The position numbers and the translations under genes are program-made. A DNA stretch of 64,000 nt, from positions 39,576-103,575 of the forward strand of contig CAJXKL010000001.1 of NCBI GenBank assembly GCA_913055915.1, written 5' to 3'. The notes under the pieces are model-generated. The model was given only the letters and a program-made list of their open reading frames with translations. It ran no database searches and was not told where the DNA came from. Each line of letters begins with the position of its first letter. Position 1 is the stretch's first letter. Shown in pieces: positions 1-8,591 of the stretch. The stretch comes from an uncultured Candidatus Nemicrothrix sp. (lineage in GTDB: Bacteria; Actinomycetota; Acidimicrobiia; Acidimicrobiales; MedAcidi-G1).

Positions 1-1649
1 ACCTGGGTCGTCGGTGCATACGGATGGATGCGTGAGAACTCGGGCCATGACACTGCAGCCATTTCGGTGGTTGCGTTCAACTTCATCGTGCAGGAACCGA
101 GGGGGATCATGGTCCTGTCCAGGGCCAGGTCACGGTCGGCCAGCTTCCTCAGCCAGCGCAGCATCGAGGTCTCGCTGTGGTGGGAGTTGAAGAACTCCGA
201 GGTGCAGAACGGAGACTGCCTGTTCATCTCGGCGGGGATGCCGGGTCGGGCAGTGGAATCCAGTGCCACCACATCAGCGCCCTCAATGCCGAAGGCCGCC
301 AGTACCGCTACGACCGTGTCTGGAAGAGTGGTTTCGTCGAAGCTGATGCCGATCGTGTCAGCGTCGATGCGGCGCAGGTTGCAGCCTCGTTCCAGCGCGG
401 CGGAGATGATCTTCTCAGCCCGGCCCGGAACCCGAACCGAGATCGTGTCGAAGAAGGCTTCGTTGATTACCTCGAAGCCGGCACCGAGCAGACCTGCTGC
501 AAGTACCGAGGTCAGCCGACCTGTCCTCAGTGCGATGCGCTTCAGCCCGGAGGGTCCGTGGTAGGCGGCGTACAGGGCGGACATGACCGCCAGCAGGACC
601 TGGGAGGTACAGATGTTTGATGTGGCGCGTTCTCGTCGAACGTGCTGCTCGCGAGTCTGTAGGGCCAAGCGATGGGCGATCTGGCCGTTCGAATCGATCG
701 ATGTTCCGACCAGGCGGCCCGGAAGCATCCTCTTGTGCCTCTCGGAGACTGCCATGAAGCCTGCATGGGGCCCCCCGAAGCCCATTGGAACGCCGAAGCG
801 TTGAGCCGATCCTACGACTACGTCCACGCCGAGTTCACCAGGTGGGGTCACCACACACAGGGCCAGGAGGTCAGCCGTCACTGCCACTCCGACCCCGGCC
901 TCGCGGAGGTGTTTCACGACCTGGCCCAGTGGCCGCAGGTTGCCACTGGTTCCGGGAAAGGCAATGAGCGACCCGAACACGTCGTGGTCACCGTCCAGTC
1001 GGATCGTCCAGGGGTCGGCGACACGGACCTCAATGCCCAGTGGCCTGGCGCGGGTGCGGATCACGTCGATCACCTGTGGGTGGCAGTCGGAGTCCACGAG
1101 GAAGGTGTTGCGTTTGCCCCGGTCGGCCCGTCTCAACAGCGTCATTGCCTCGGCTCCGGCCGTGGCCTCGTCGAGGAGCGACGCGTTGGCCAGGTCCATT
1201 CCCGTCAGGTCGGCGATCATCGTCTGGAATCCCAGGAGGACCTCGAGCCTTCCCTGGGATATCTCAGGCTGGTAGGGCGTGTACGCGGTGTACCAGGCTG
1301 GATTCTCGAACACATTTCGCATGATCACGGCTGGCATGTGGGTGTCGTACCAGCCGGCGCCTATGAGGCTGGTCACGACCTTGTTTCGTTCGGCAAACCC
1401 GCGGAGACGGGCAAGGGCCTCCTCCTCGCCCATGGGGTCGGCCAGGTTGAGCGGGGTTCTGTCCCTGATCGATTCCGGGATTATGGTGTCGATGAGGTCG
1501 TTCAGCGTGGGGGCACCGATAACGGCGAGCATCCTGTCGACCGCAACCTGGTCTGGACCGAGGTGGCGTCGATGGAACGCCATGTCATCCAGGAGCTCCT
1601 TCAGGAGCGGGCGGGGTTCGGTCGGGCTCGACATCTCTGTGGTGTCCAT
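1..1649 (-). CDS. gcvP: Glycine dehydrogenase (decarboxylating), glycine cleavage system P protein; N-terminal ~550 codons, 3' end runs off the window
   Basis: Absent from the ORF track because no stop codon lies inside the window. Manual minus-strand translation from ATG 1649 reads MDTTEMSSPTEPRPLLKELLDDMAFHRRHLGPDQ...NPAWYTAYTPYQPEISQGRLEVLL...RERATSNICTSQVLLAVM...MIPLGSCTMKLNATTEM, the hallmark GcvP blocks. In-frame GTG at 1679 is an alternative start. The plus-strand track ORFs at 28-1812 are its antisense shadows. Confidence 0.9.
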   Translation of the reverse strand, partial: MDTTEMSSPTEPRPLLKELLDDMAFHRRHLGPDQVAVDRMLAVIGAPTLNDLIDTIIPESIRDRTPLNLADPMGEEEALARLRGFAERNKVVTSLIGAGWYDTHMPAVIMRNVFENPAWYTAYTPYQPEISQGRLEVLLGFQTMIADLTGMDLANASLLDEATAGAEAMTLLRRADRGKRNTFLVDSDCHPQVIDVIRTRARPLGIEVRVADPWTIRLDGDHDVFGSLIAFPGTSGNLRPLGQVVKHLREAGVGVAVTADLLALCVVTPPGELGVDVVVGSAQRFGVPMGFGGPHAGFMAVSERHKRMLPGRLVGTSIDSNGQIAHRLALQTREQHVRRERATSNICTSQVLLAVMSALYAAYHGPSGLKRIALRTGRLTSVLAAGLLGAGFEVINEAFFDTISVRVPGRAEKIISAALERGCNLRRIDADTIGISFDETTLPDTVVAVLAAFGIEGADVVALDSTARPGIPAEMNRQSPFCTSEFFNSHHSETSMLRWLRKLADRDLALDRTMIPLGSCTMKLNATTEMAAVSWPEFSRIHPYAPTTQ

Positions 1650-1685
1650 TCCGGGTAGGGGAGAGTGTGCTTCGTTCACGCCCTC

Positions 1686-1872
1686 CTCTGTCCGGTACCT
1701 GAGAGATGGACCTGAAATGGGAAATGACCCCGAGTCAAGCTTGCCCCGTCGGTGGACCGGCCGCAGCCGGTCTCTCTCCAGAGTTGCCAGCCCCAGCGGT
1801 CCAGTCGCCTGAGAGTTTCCGAGGGCGGTTGCTCCTTCGGCGCCTCGGTCGGGCCGAGGTCTCTCCCACAGG
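1686..1872 (-). promoter_or_regulatory. Tandem (two-aptamer) glycine riboswitch in the gcvP leader
   Basis: Minus-strand aptamer 1: GGGAGAG (1867-1861), CGCCGAAGGAGCAA (1842-1829), CTCTCAGGC (1815-1807). Aptamer 2: CTCTGGAGAGA (1783-1773), CACCGACGGGGCAA (1754-1741), CTCTCAGG (1705-1698). Both aptamer cores are canonical and sit directly 5' of gcvP. A GAGGAGG run (1688-1682) abuts the last helix. Confidence 0.9.
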
Positions 1873-2061
1873 GGTTATGTCAGCAAAAGACAACATAGTC
1901 CCTCTCGGCGATGGTGCCCAGATGGCATCGGTCACAGCGCCCCTCCCTGGGTACGCTCCACCCGGGTCCGGCACGCCTCCCTCTGGAGGGTGCCGCTGTT
2001 GGGGATGTATCGTCCCGGACAGCATGGAACTGATCTCACACCCAGCCGCAGGTGTCTTCCG

Positions 2062-2892
2062 GTGAACCCCACACTCGTAATCATGGCGGGAGGACTCGGT
2101 TCCAGGTTCGGTGGTGACAAGCAACTGGTTCCCGTCGGCCCCGGAGGTGAGGCATTCCTTGACTTTGCGATTGAGGATGCGGCCAACTCCGGCATTTGCG
2201 ACGTCGTGATCGTCGCCAGGAGCAACCTTGATGAGCTGCTGAGGAGGCACCTGGCTTCGCAGGGGCACCAGTCGTCTGAGATCCGCATCGTCCACCAGGA
2301 CACATTCGGGCCGCCACGTGCCAGGCCATGGGGAACAGGCCACGCGGTGCTCTGTGCAGCCGCGTCCAGCGACGGACCGGTAGTCGTCTTGAACGCCGAC
2401 GACTACTACGGCCCCAGCGGATCGGCGCTGGCAGCCGAGGGGCTCGCCGATGTCGACGGCGAACACGCTGTACTCGTTGCCTATGACCTTGGAACGACCC
2501 TGTCTCCGGGCGGCTCCGTTTCCCGTGGAGTCTGTGAGTTGGATGGGAGCCATCTCGTCGGGCTTGTGGAGACACACGGCATCCGCAGGGACGGGGGACA
2601 CATCCAGGCCGAGGACCCGCCTGGTCGACTTTGCGCCGATACGCCGGTGTCGATGAACCTGTGGGGACTCCCTCGCCGTGTTCTGGACCTACTCGAGGAC
2701 CAGTGGGCCGACTTCCACTCGATGCACTCCGCCGACGCGGCCACCGAGTTTCTCCTTCCGGAGGCGATTGAACAGCAGCGGATTCGAGGGCTCGTGACCG
2801 TGGAAGTGGTGAGGTCCGGGGAGCACTGGATGGGGATCACCAATCCCGACGATCTGGTGGTAGTCCGACGGGTGTTCGATGACGGCCGGTGA
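2062..2892 (+). CDS. Nucleotidyltransferase family protein (sugar-phosphate nucleotidylyltransferase-like)
   Basis: Track ORF 1990..2892. N-terminal LVIMAGGLGSRFGGDKQL is the GxGxR-type NTP-transferase signature. GTG 2062 is in frame and just upstream of it, so it is the likelier start. Confidence 0.75.
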   Translation: MNPTLVIMAGGLGSRFGGDKQLVPVGPGGEAFLDFAIEDAANSGICDVVIVARSNLDELLRRHLASQGHQSSEIRIVHQDTFGPPRARPWGTGHAVLCAAASSDGPVVVLNADDYYGPSGSALAAEGLADVDGEHAVLVAYDLGTTLSPGGSVSRGVCELDGSHLVGLVETHGIRRDGGHIQAEDPPGRLCADTPVSMNLWGLPRRVLDLLEDQWADFHSMHSADAATEFLLPEAIEQQRIRGLVTVEVVRSGEHWMGITNPDDLVVVRRVFDDGR

Positions 2893-2903
2893 GGTCACCA
2901 ACC

Positions 2904-3554
2904 TCAGGTGCCGAGCCGATCCGTGCCGACCTCAAGGCCCGGGAGCTGGACCTGTATCACAAATCCGCGCTCAGTTGCGTCCGCCAGAACCAACTGCTCG
3001 CATTCCAGCCAGTCGTGTGCCCTCGGGCCATCAAGGTGCTGATTGTAGGGAGCGTCGAAGACTATGACCTGATTGCCTGAGGAGCGGAGCGCCTCTACGT
3101 TGTGCGGGCCGTCATCGATGTAGAGATCGGCCTCGACCTCGGGCTTGGCCCCCAGGAAGCAGATGTCCCGGTAGGGGATTCGAGCACGGTCCAACCATTC
3201 CACCGTGTCAGCTATGGCAGTGGCATGGGTCCAGTTCACGTACAGGCGATGGGTGATTACCCGTATCCAGATGCCGATGTCGGACAGCCTCCAGAGAATC
3301 TCGGAGGTATCGTCGATGACGGGCATGGAGCGCAGGATGCGGTGCTCGCTGACGGCCAGGAAGTGCAGTCGCTCGAAGTCCTCGGCAGACATTCCCCACT
3401 CGCTGAAGTCCCAGGACCGCAACAGGGGGAGGGACTTCTCGTCGACACCCGTCTCGTGGGCGACCACCGAGCGAAAGGCGGCGGTGTAGTCGCCACAGAC
3501 ACCGTCGAGGTCAACGCCTAGGACGTAGGGCCGGTCGACCCGCTCGTCGCTCAC
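2904..3554 (-). CDS. HAD-superfamily 5'(3')-deoxyribonucleotidase-like protein
   Basis: 216-aa ORF with HAD motif I (VLGVDLDGVCGDY) and an overall NT5C-like layout. Confidence 0.7.
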   Translation of the reverse strand: MSDERVDRPYVLGVDLDGVCGDYTAAFRSVVAHETGVDEKSLPLLRSWDFSEWGMSAEDFERLHFLAVSEHRILRSMPVIDDTSEILWRLSDIGIWIRVITHRLYVNWTHATAIADTVEWLDRARIPYRDICFLGAKPEVEADLYIDDGPHNVEALRSSGNQVIVFDAPYNQHLDGPRAHDWLECEQLVLADATERGFVIQVQLPGLEVGTDRLGT

Positions 3555-3614
3555 CGTGAGCCTTCTGTGTACATCCGGCAGAGGCTAGACGGTGGGCGCT
3601 CTGGGCAATGCGGT

Positions 3615-3658
3615 CGAAAACGGCGGAAGCCCCGCCACCCGGAGGTGGCGGGGCTTCC
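3615..3658 (-). terminator. Intrinsic terminator of the small membrane-protein gene
   Basis: Perfect 15-bp stem GGAAGCCCCGCCACC (3625-3639) / GGTGGCGGGGCTTCC (3644-3658) with a 4-nt loop. On the minus strand it is followed by GCCGTTTTCG, 15 nt after the stop at 3673. Confidence 0.8.
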
Positions 3659-3672
3659 AATCAGAACGAAGG

Positions 3673-3993
3673 TCAGCGTGCGAGTCCCTTGCCAAGCGCA
3701 CTGATTGCAGCGTCCTTGATCGGAATGAAGCCGACTATTGCCAGCGCCGTTCCGATGTCGGTACCAAAGTCACTAAGGCCCAGGACCTCAGTCGACGCGC
3801 CGAAGCCGAAGCCTCCGACGTCGCTGATCAGGACGAAGAGATACGCCCAGATCAGTGTCAGGTTGGAACCGATGACGGGTAGGCCTTTGAGCATGCTGTT
3901 GACACCAACGGTGTCGAGGATGCTGTCCAGAACTGCCACAACACCCTGGAAAACGATCGCCATGACGATCAGGGTGAGGATGGTTGACATCAT
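3673..3993 (-). CDS. Small hydrophobic membrane protein (about 3 TM), unknown function
   Basis: Track ORF 3673..4176. Internal ATG-ATG at 3993/3990 is preceded by AAGGGG 9 nt upstream. The product MMSTILTLIVMAIVFQGVVAVL... is strongly hydrophobic and a terminator follows directly. Confidence 0.6.
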   Translation of the reverse strand: MMSTILTLIVMAIVFQGVVAVLDSILDTVGVNSMLKGLPVIGSNLTLIWAYLFVLISDVGGFGFGASTEVLGLSDFGTDIGTALAIVGFIPIKDAAISALGKGLAR

Positions 3994-4019
3994 TGTGCTG
4001 TACCCCTTTTTGTTGTCAG

Positions 4020-4735
4020 CCGCCGGTTCAGGATCGAACCGGATCTGGTTTCCGTGACTCAACGTTAGGAGGATCGCGCGTTTCCGGGGTGGATGCAAGC
4101 GAAACAATTTCGCAACATCACCGGGTGCAGTGTTGCGATCATGTAACATTCCCGGAGAGGTCGGCTGAGGTCCCACTAGCTGACATAATGCCTGTACGGG
4201 TTAGTGAAACACCTGTCTCGGAACGCGGAAACGGCTCCAAGTAGCCTCCCGGCGAACCGGTCAACTCCTCGGAGCCGCTCCTTGCGTTCCACTCCCACCA
4301 GGCCGGTACCACCACCCGAGGGCGGCGGTACAACCAAGAATCGTCCTGGGCCGGTTGGCGCCTTACCCGGCGGTGCTCCTCCGGGCCTTGCGACCCGACC
4401 TCGCTCCACCGGCCTCGACACCTTCGTGTCCCTGGCCGACCCGCTGCACCCCTTCAGGAGCAACGTGGTTGCGGTCCTCCCCGAACACCTCTCCGGGCCT
4501 TTCCCAGGGTCTCGACAATCCTCAGCGGATGCGGAGCTTGCGCTCGCCCCCGCTTCGGGTGTCGGTTCCATCCGGTTCCGAATCCCTTCGCCGTGTTCGG
4601 CGTGGGGAGCATCATGCGCATCGGTGACGGCTTCGTCAACGGCGTCAGGACATTTCCCCAGAAAGAGCCGTGATATCCCCAGAAGCAGCGGATGATTTGC
4701 ACAGGTATTCCACAGAGCGACCGAAAACCGGTCCC
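4020..4735 (-). ncRNA. Candidate large structured RNA or very long structured leader (unclassified)
   Basis: No credible ORF in any frame. Dense GC hairpins whose loops are stable tetraloops only when read on the minus strand: UUCG at 4249-4260, GCAA at 4383-4396 and 4534-4545. Nested helices 4220-4226/4284-4290 and 4232-4238/4271-4277. Motifs of RNase P, tmRNA and SRP RNA are not present. Confidence 0.3.
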
Positions 4736-4757
4736 TCTGGAGGCGATCGAGGCGGCC

Positions 4758-5162
4758 TCAGGAAGACAGAACCACTCCCATAAGGAGTGCACCGAGAGCC
4801 GCTACGACTCCCAGCGCCCCGGTGAACCCCCGGATGGAGACCGATGAGGTGTTGGAGTGGACCGCTGCGGCTCCTCCCGACAGACCGACCAGAAGCAACT
4901 TGACGAGAAGGGTCATGAGGTAGGCGGTGTCACGGTTGGAGAGACTCACCTCGAACAGGTTCCAGATGCCCGTTGATACAGCAAGTCCGAAGAACGTCCA
5001 TGCCACGCGGCCGAAGCGGTTCGCAGCAATCCGCGGGGCATCCGGATCGAGCCTCCGCAGGACCGGTACGAGTGCCGCCATGGTCAACTGGCCACCGACC
5101 CAACCAGCAACGCCGAGCAGATGCAGGAAGAGGCGGGCTTCAGACAGGCCCAGATCGTTCAT
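4758..5162 (-). CDS. Integral membrane protein (4 TM, CopD-like fold suspected)
   Basis: 134-aa ORF with four hydrophobic segments and good high-GC codon pattern. Confidence 0.55.
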   Translation of the reverse strand: MNDLGLSEARLFLHLLGVAGWVGGQLTMAALVPVLRRLDPDAPRIAANRFGRVAWTFFGLAVSTGIWNLFEVSLSNRDTAYLMTLLVKLLLVGLSGGAAAVHSNTSSVSIRGFTGALGVVAALGALLMGVVLSS

Positions 5163-5251
5163 TGGAGCATTCTGGCAGCGGTCCCGACAGTTTCAGCAGA
5201 AAGGCCCTAGCTGCAGGCTCGGCTCAGGCCGTGTGGGCCCGGCTCAGCGTC

Positions 5252-6079
5252 TCAGGCCCACTGACCGCGTTCGAGGAGGACATCGCGGAGGACGGCTGGA
5301 CAGTCGGTCATCAGGCCATCAACCCCCTGGTCCAGCAGATCATGCATCTCCTCGGGGCTGTCAACGGTCCAGACATGCACCTGCAGGGCCATTCGATGGG
5401 CATGCTCGACGAACCGCCTATCGACTATCCGCACGCCAGCGGACCTCACCGGCACCTGAAGGCAGTGCCACGGCGGGGAATGGAAAGGGACCCCGAAATT
5501 TGCCAGACGGAAGCGGGCCGTGGCTGACGGCCCGGCTGACGTACACAGCCCAGCACCCAACAGTTCGCGGCACCGCTCAAGGCGACGGTCGGAGAACGCA
5601 CCGATACACACCCGATCCAGGGCGTCGTGCGCCTTGATCACCTCGACAAGCGCGTCGACAACGGCATCGTCCTTCGGGTCGATGTTCACTCGCGCCCCCG
5701 GAAATGCCGCCAGCAGGTCAGTCAGGCGTGGAACGCCCTCGGTTCCACTGATGCGGGCCCGTGACACCTCCTCCCATGAGAGCTCTGAGATGAGGCCCAC
5801 AGAATCACTGACCCTGTCAAGCGAATTGTCGTGGAAGGCAATCACGACACCATCAGCCGTCAGGTGCACGTCAGTCTCCAGATAGGTGAACCCAAGACCC
5901 ACCGCATGGGCAAACGCAGACATGGTGTTCTCAGGCCAGTCGCCCGTACCGCCGCGATGCGCAAATGCCAGGACACCTGGATGCTGCAGGAACGGATGTA
6001 GGTCTGCGCCCATTGGGGAACCCATTCCGTCGACCGTACCCGTCGCGGACTGGAGGGGCCCGACAGGATACGACGGCAA
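5252..6079 (-). CDS. Glycerophosphodiester phosphodiesterase (GDPD family)
   Basis: Motifs FAHRGG, WPENT, ETDVHLTADGVVIAFHD. The true start may be an internal Met at 6025 or 6013, since pyk starts only 48 nt from 6079. Confidence 0.85.
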   Translation of the reverse strand: MPSYPVGPLQSATGTVDGMGSPMGADLHPFLQHPGVLAFAHRGGTGDWPENTMSAFAHAVGLGFTYLETDVHLTADGVVIAFHDNSLDRVSDSVGLISELSWEEVSRARISGTEGVPRLTDLLAAFPGARVNIDPKDDAVVDALVEVIKAHDALDRVCIGAFSDRRLERCRELLGAGLCTSAGPSATARFRLANFGVPFHSPPWHCLQVPVRSAGVRIVDRRFVEHAHRMALQVHVWTVDSPEEMHDLLDQGVDGLMTDCPAVLRDVLLERGQWA

Positions 6080-6127
6080 TCAGGTAGACGGAGTCCTCGG
6101 CCGATCCTCTAGCGGTAGCGTGGACGG

Positions 6128-7567
6128 ATGGCCAGACGGACCAAGATCATTGCCACAATCGGACCCGCTTCCGAGGACGAGGCCACACTTCGCAACCTTG
6201 TACGCGCCGGAATGGACGTGGCGAGGCTGGGGCTGGCCCACGGCACGCTCGACGAAGCGACCGAGCGTCTATCCACCATCAGGAGAATCGCTGCCGAAGA
6301 AGGCAGACCGGTCGGAGTTCTCGTGGACCTTCCCGGGCCGAAGGTACGGGCGGCATCCTTTGGCGAGGACCCGGTGGCGATCGTCGAGAAATCGGAGATC
6401 CGCCTGAGCGTCGGGAGCGGCCGTAGCACACCATCGGTCATTGAGGTCGACTACGACAGCCTCCTACACGACGTCCTTGTAGGCGACAGGCTCAGCATCG
6501 GTGATGGTCGGGTGATACTCGAGATTGGCGACGTTACCGGCGACCACCTGATGGCGCGGGTCATGCATGGCGGAAACCTGAGTGGCCGACCTGGAGTCCA
6601 CGTGCCCTCGGACCGGCTCTCGATCACGGCGCCGACCGCCGAGGACCTTTCCTCACTGGAACGCTTCCTGGAACTCGACATCGACATGGTGGCCGTCTCG
6701 TTCATCCGTTCAGCTGAGGACCTCATGAGGTTGCCGGTCGAACCGCACCCTGCCGGCCCTCTCGTGGTCGCCAAGATCGAGACCCGGGCTGCGATCGACA
6801 ACCTTCCCGCAATCATCGAAGCCTCTGGGGCAGTCATGGTGGCCCGCGGTGACCTGGGCAACGAGTGCCGGCTCGAGGAGTTGCCCATACTTCAGAAGGA
6901 AATCATTCGGGAGTGCATCGCATTGGGCCGCCCAGCCATCACGGCAACCCAGATGCTCGAGACCATGATCAACAACCCGGAACCGATGCGGGCCGAGGTC
7001 TCAGACGTGGCCAACGCAGTCTGGGACGGCTCAAGCGCAGTGATGCTCTCAGGCGAGACCGCAATCGGAAGCGACCCTGTCAACGTCGTAGCCACGATGT
7101 CACGCATCGCCGAACGTGCAGACGACGAGTTCGACCACCGGTCCTGGGCGTCAGAGTTGTCCGATCTGCGGTTGACCGACAGGGGTGAGCCTGATAGCGC
7201 CATAACCGATGCCATGACCATGGCTGCAGCCAGGGCACTGGCCGAACTGCGTATCAGGACCGTCCTGTGCATCTCAGGATCGGGATTCACCGTGCGCTCG
7301 ATGGCACGCTTCCGTCCCGAAGCCCGGATTCTGGGCTTCAGTGCAAACAGGCGGACCGTTGGCCAACTGACACTGAGTTGGGGAACCGAACCCCTCCACC
7401 TTGCCGAGGAGGGCAACATTGACGAGAGGGTTGCCAGTGCCATCACAACCGCGCGAGATGCGGGCCACGTTGAACCCGGCGAACTGGTTGGTGTGCTGGC
7501 TGGAACCAACGTTCGCTCCCGTTCAACCAACGCTCTTCGTCTGGAGATCGTGTCGCCTGCCACCTGA
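6128..7567 (+). CDS. pyk: Pyruvate kinase
   Basis: MARRTKIIATIGPAS..., MVARGDLG, and typical length of 479 aa. Confidence 0.95.
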   Translation: MARRTKIIATIGPASEDEATLRNLVRAGMDVARLGLAHGTLDEATERLSTIRRIAAEEGRPVGVLVDLPGPKVRAASFGEDPVAIVEKSEIRLSVGSGRSTPSVIEVDYDSLLHDVLVGDRLSIGDGRVILEIGDVTGDHLMARVMHGGNLSGRPGVHVPSDRLSITAPTAEDLSSLERFLELDIDMVAVSFIRSAEDLMRLPVEPHPAGPLVVAKIETRAAIDNLPAIIEASGAVMVARGDLGNECRLEELPILQKEIIRECIALGRPAITATQMLETMINNPEPMRAEVSDVANAVWDGSSAVMLSGETAIGSDPVNVVATMSRIAERADDEFDHRSWASELSDLRLTDRGEPDSAITDAMTMAAARALAELRIRTVLCISGSGFTVRSMARFRPEARILGFSANRRTVGQLTLSWGTEPLHLAEEGNIDERVASAITTARDAGHVEPGELVGVLAGTNVRSRSTNALRLEIVSPAT

Positions 7568-7600
7568 GTTTCGGGTGGTGCACGGTTAGCCTCCACGCCG

Positions 7601-8230
7601 ATGACCAGGAAGCACTCTGGAGATCCGGAATTCGTCGGGGCTGTCCTAATCGGCGGATCCAGCAGGCGAATGGGAACGGACAAGGCCCTCCTCGCATCAG
7701 CAGAGACAGGTGGCCTGTCTCTGCTCCGCCTCGCCGCAGGCGCACTCAATGGTGCCGGAGCCCGCGAAGTCGTTGCAGTCGGCCGAAGTGACACCTCGCT
7801 GTCCGGTGAGGGCCTCCGGGTCATCCCGGACCTCTGGGAGGGAGAGGGCCCGCTGGGAGGGATCGTCACGGCCATGTCGGAACTCGACAGCGACGAGATC
7901 AACCACATAGTGGTACTGGCGTGCGATCTCCTGGCCCCCAGTTCCGCCTCGATCCGAGCTCTTCTGGCAAGAGCAGCCAAGAAACCCGACCATGTCGTAG
8001 TGCCCCTCGTGGATGGCCAACACGAATGGCTTCACGCGTGTTGGCCGCTCTCGCTGAAGCCCCTGCTGGAGGCAGCATTTGAAGACGGCCTCAGGGCGCC
8101 ACGAAGCCTGCCAGACGACATCCCCGTAGAGGAGGTCACGGGAATCGATCCAGCCACCACACGCGACGCCGATACCCCAGGGGACCTCCCCTGGAGGCTC
8201 TCGACCCCGACTGACGGGCCGATAGGGTGA
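7601..8230 (+). CDS. mobA: Molybdenum cofactor guanylyltransferase
   Basis: N-terminal LIGGSSRRMGTDKALL signature, about 200 aa. Confidence 0.8.
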   Translation: MTRKHSGDPEFVGAVLIGGSSRRMGTDKALLASAETGGLSLLRLAAGALNGAGAREVVAVGRSDTSLSGEGLRVIPDLWEGEGPLGGIVTAMSELDSDEINHIVVLACDLLAPSSASIRALLARAAKKPDHVVVPLVDGQHEWLHACWPLSLKPLLEAAFEDGLRAPRSLPDDIPVEEVTGIDPATTRDADTPGDLPWRLSTPTDGPIG

Positions 8231-8577
8231 CGCCCCGCACCTCAGAAGGGAGGGGAGTGGATATTCCACAGATCGGCGTAGACGCACTTGAGGGCATTCT
8301 TGGCACCAGGGCGACGTTGCTCGACGTCCGCGAATCCGGTGATTACGCGGCCTCCAGGATCACCGGTACACAACACATCCCGTTGGCCGACCTTCCCGAC
8401 AGGATGGATGAGATTCCATCAGATCAGAGCGTCTACGTGATCTGCACCAAGGGTGGCCGGAGCCTGGCAGCCGTTGACTTCCTGCTGCATCAGGGCCTCA
8501 CCGCCATAAACGTCATCGGTGGCACAGCCGCCTGGATCGAGAGCGGAAGACCTGTCGAGACAGGGGAACCGACCTGA
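8227..8577 (+). CDS. Single-domain rhodanese-like sulfurtransferase
   Basis: Active-site loop CTKGGRS (CX4R[ST]). GTGA overlap with the mobA stop. Confidence 0.8.
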   Translation: MTPRTSEGRGVDIPQIGVDALEGILGTRATLLDVRESGDYAASRITGTQHIPLADLPDRMDEIPSDQSVYVICTKGGRSLAAVDFLLHQGLTAINVIGGTAAWIESGRPVETGEPT

Positions 8578-8591
8578 GCCGCCAACAGAAA

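Noticed and set aside
28-1812. Several plus-strand track ORFs (28..564, 672..1658, 1279..1812 and others) at the left edge.
   Set aside because: Their products are Arg/Pro/Gly/His-rich nonsense. The opposite strand translates into an unmistakable GcvP, so these are antisense shadow ORFs typical of high-GC DNA.
4023-4042. GGTTCGATCC (minus strand) resembles a tRNA/tmRNA T-loop, raising a tmRNA or tRNA-like hypothesis for the 3994-4757 tract. RNase P was also considered because of GGGAAAGGCCCGG.
   Set aside because: The sequence folds as a 7-bp hairpin (CCGGTTC/GAACCGG), not a 5-bp T-arm. There is no acceptor stem, no CCA context, and no resume codon or tag ending in a stop. The RNase P P4 core GAGGAAAGUCCGG and the ACAGAAxxCGGCUUA element are absent on both strands.
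6892-7980. 362-aa minus-strand ORF.
   Set aside because: It lies antisense to pyruvate kinase and mobA. The composition is Ser/Arg/Ala/Pro-rich with no recognisable motifs.
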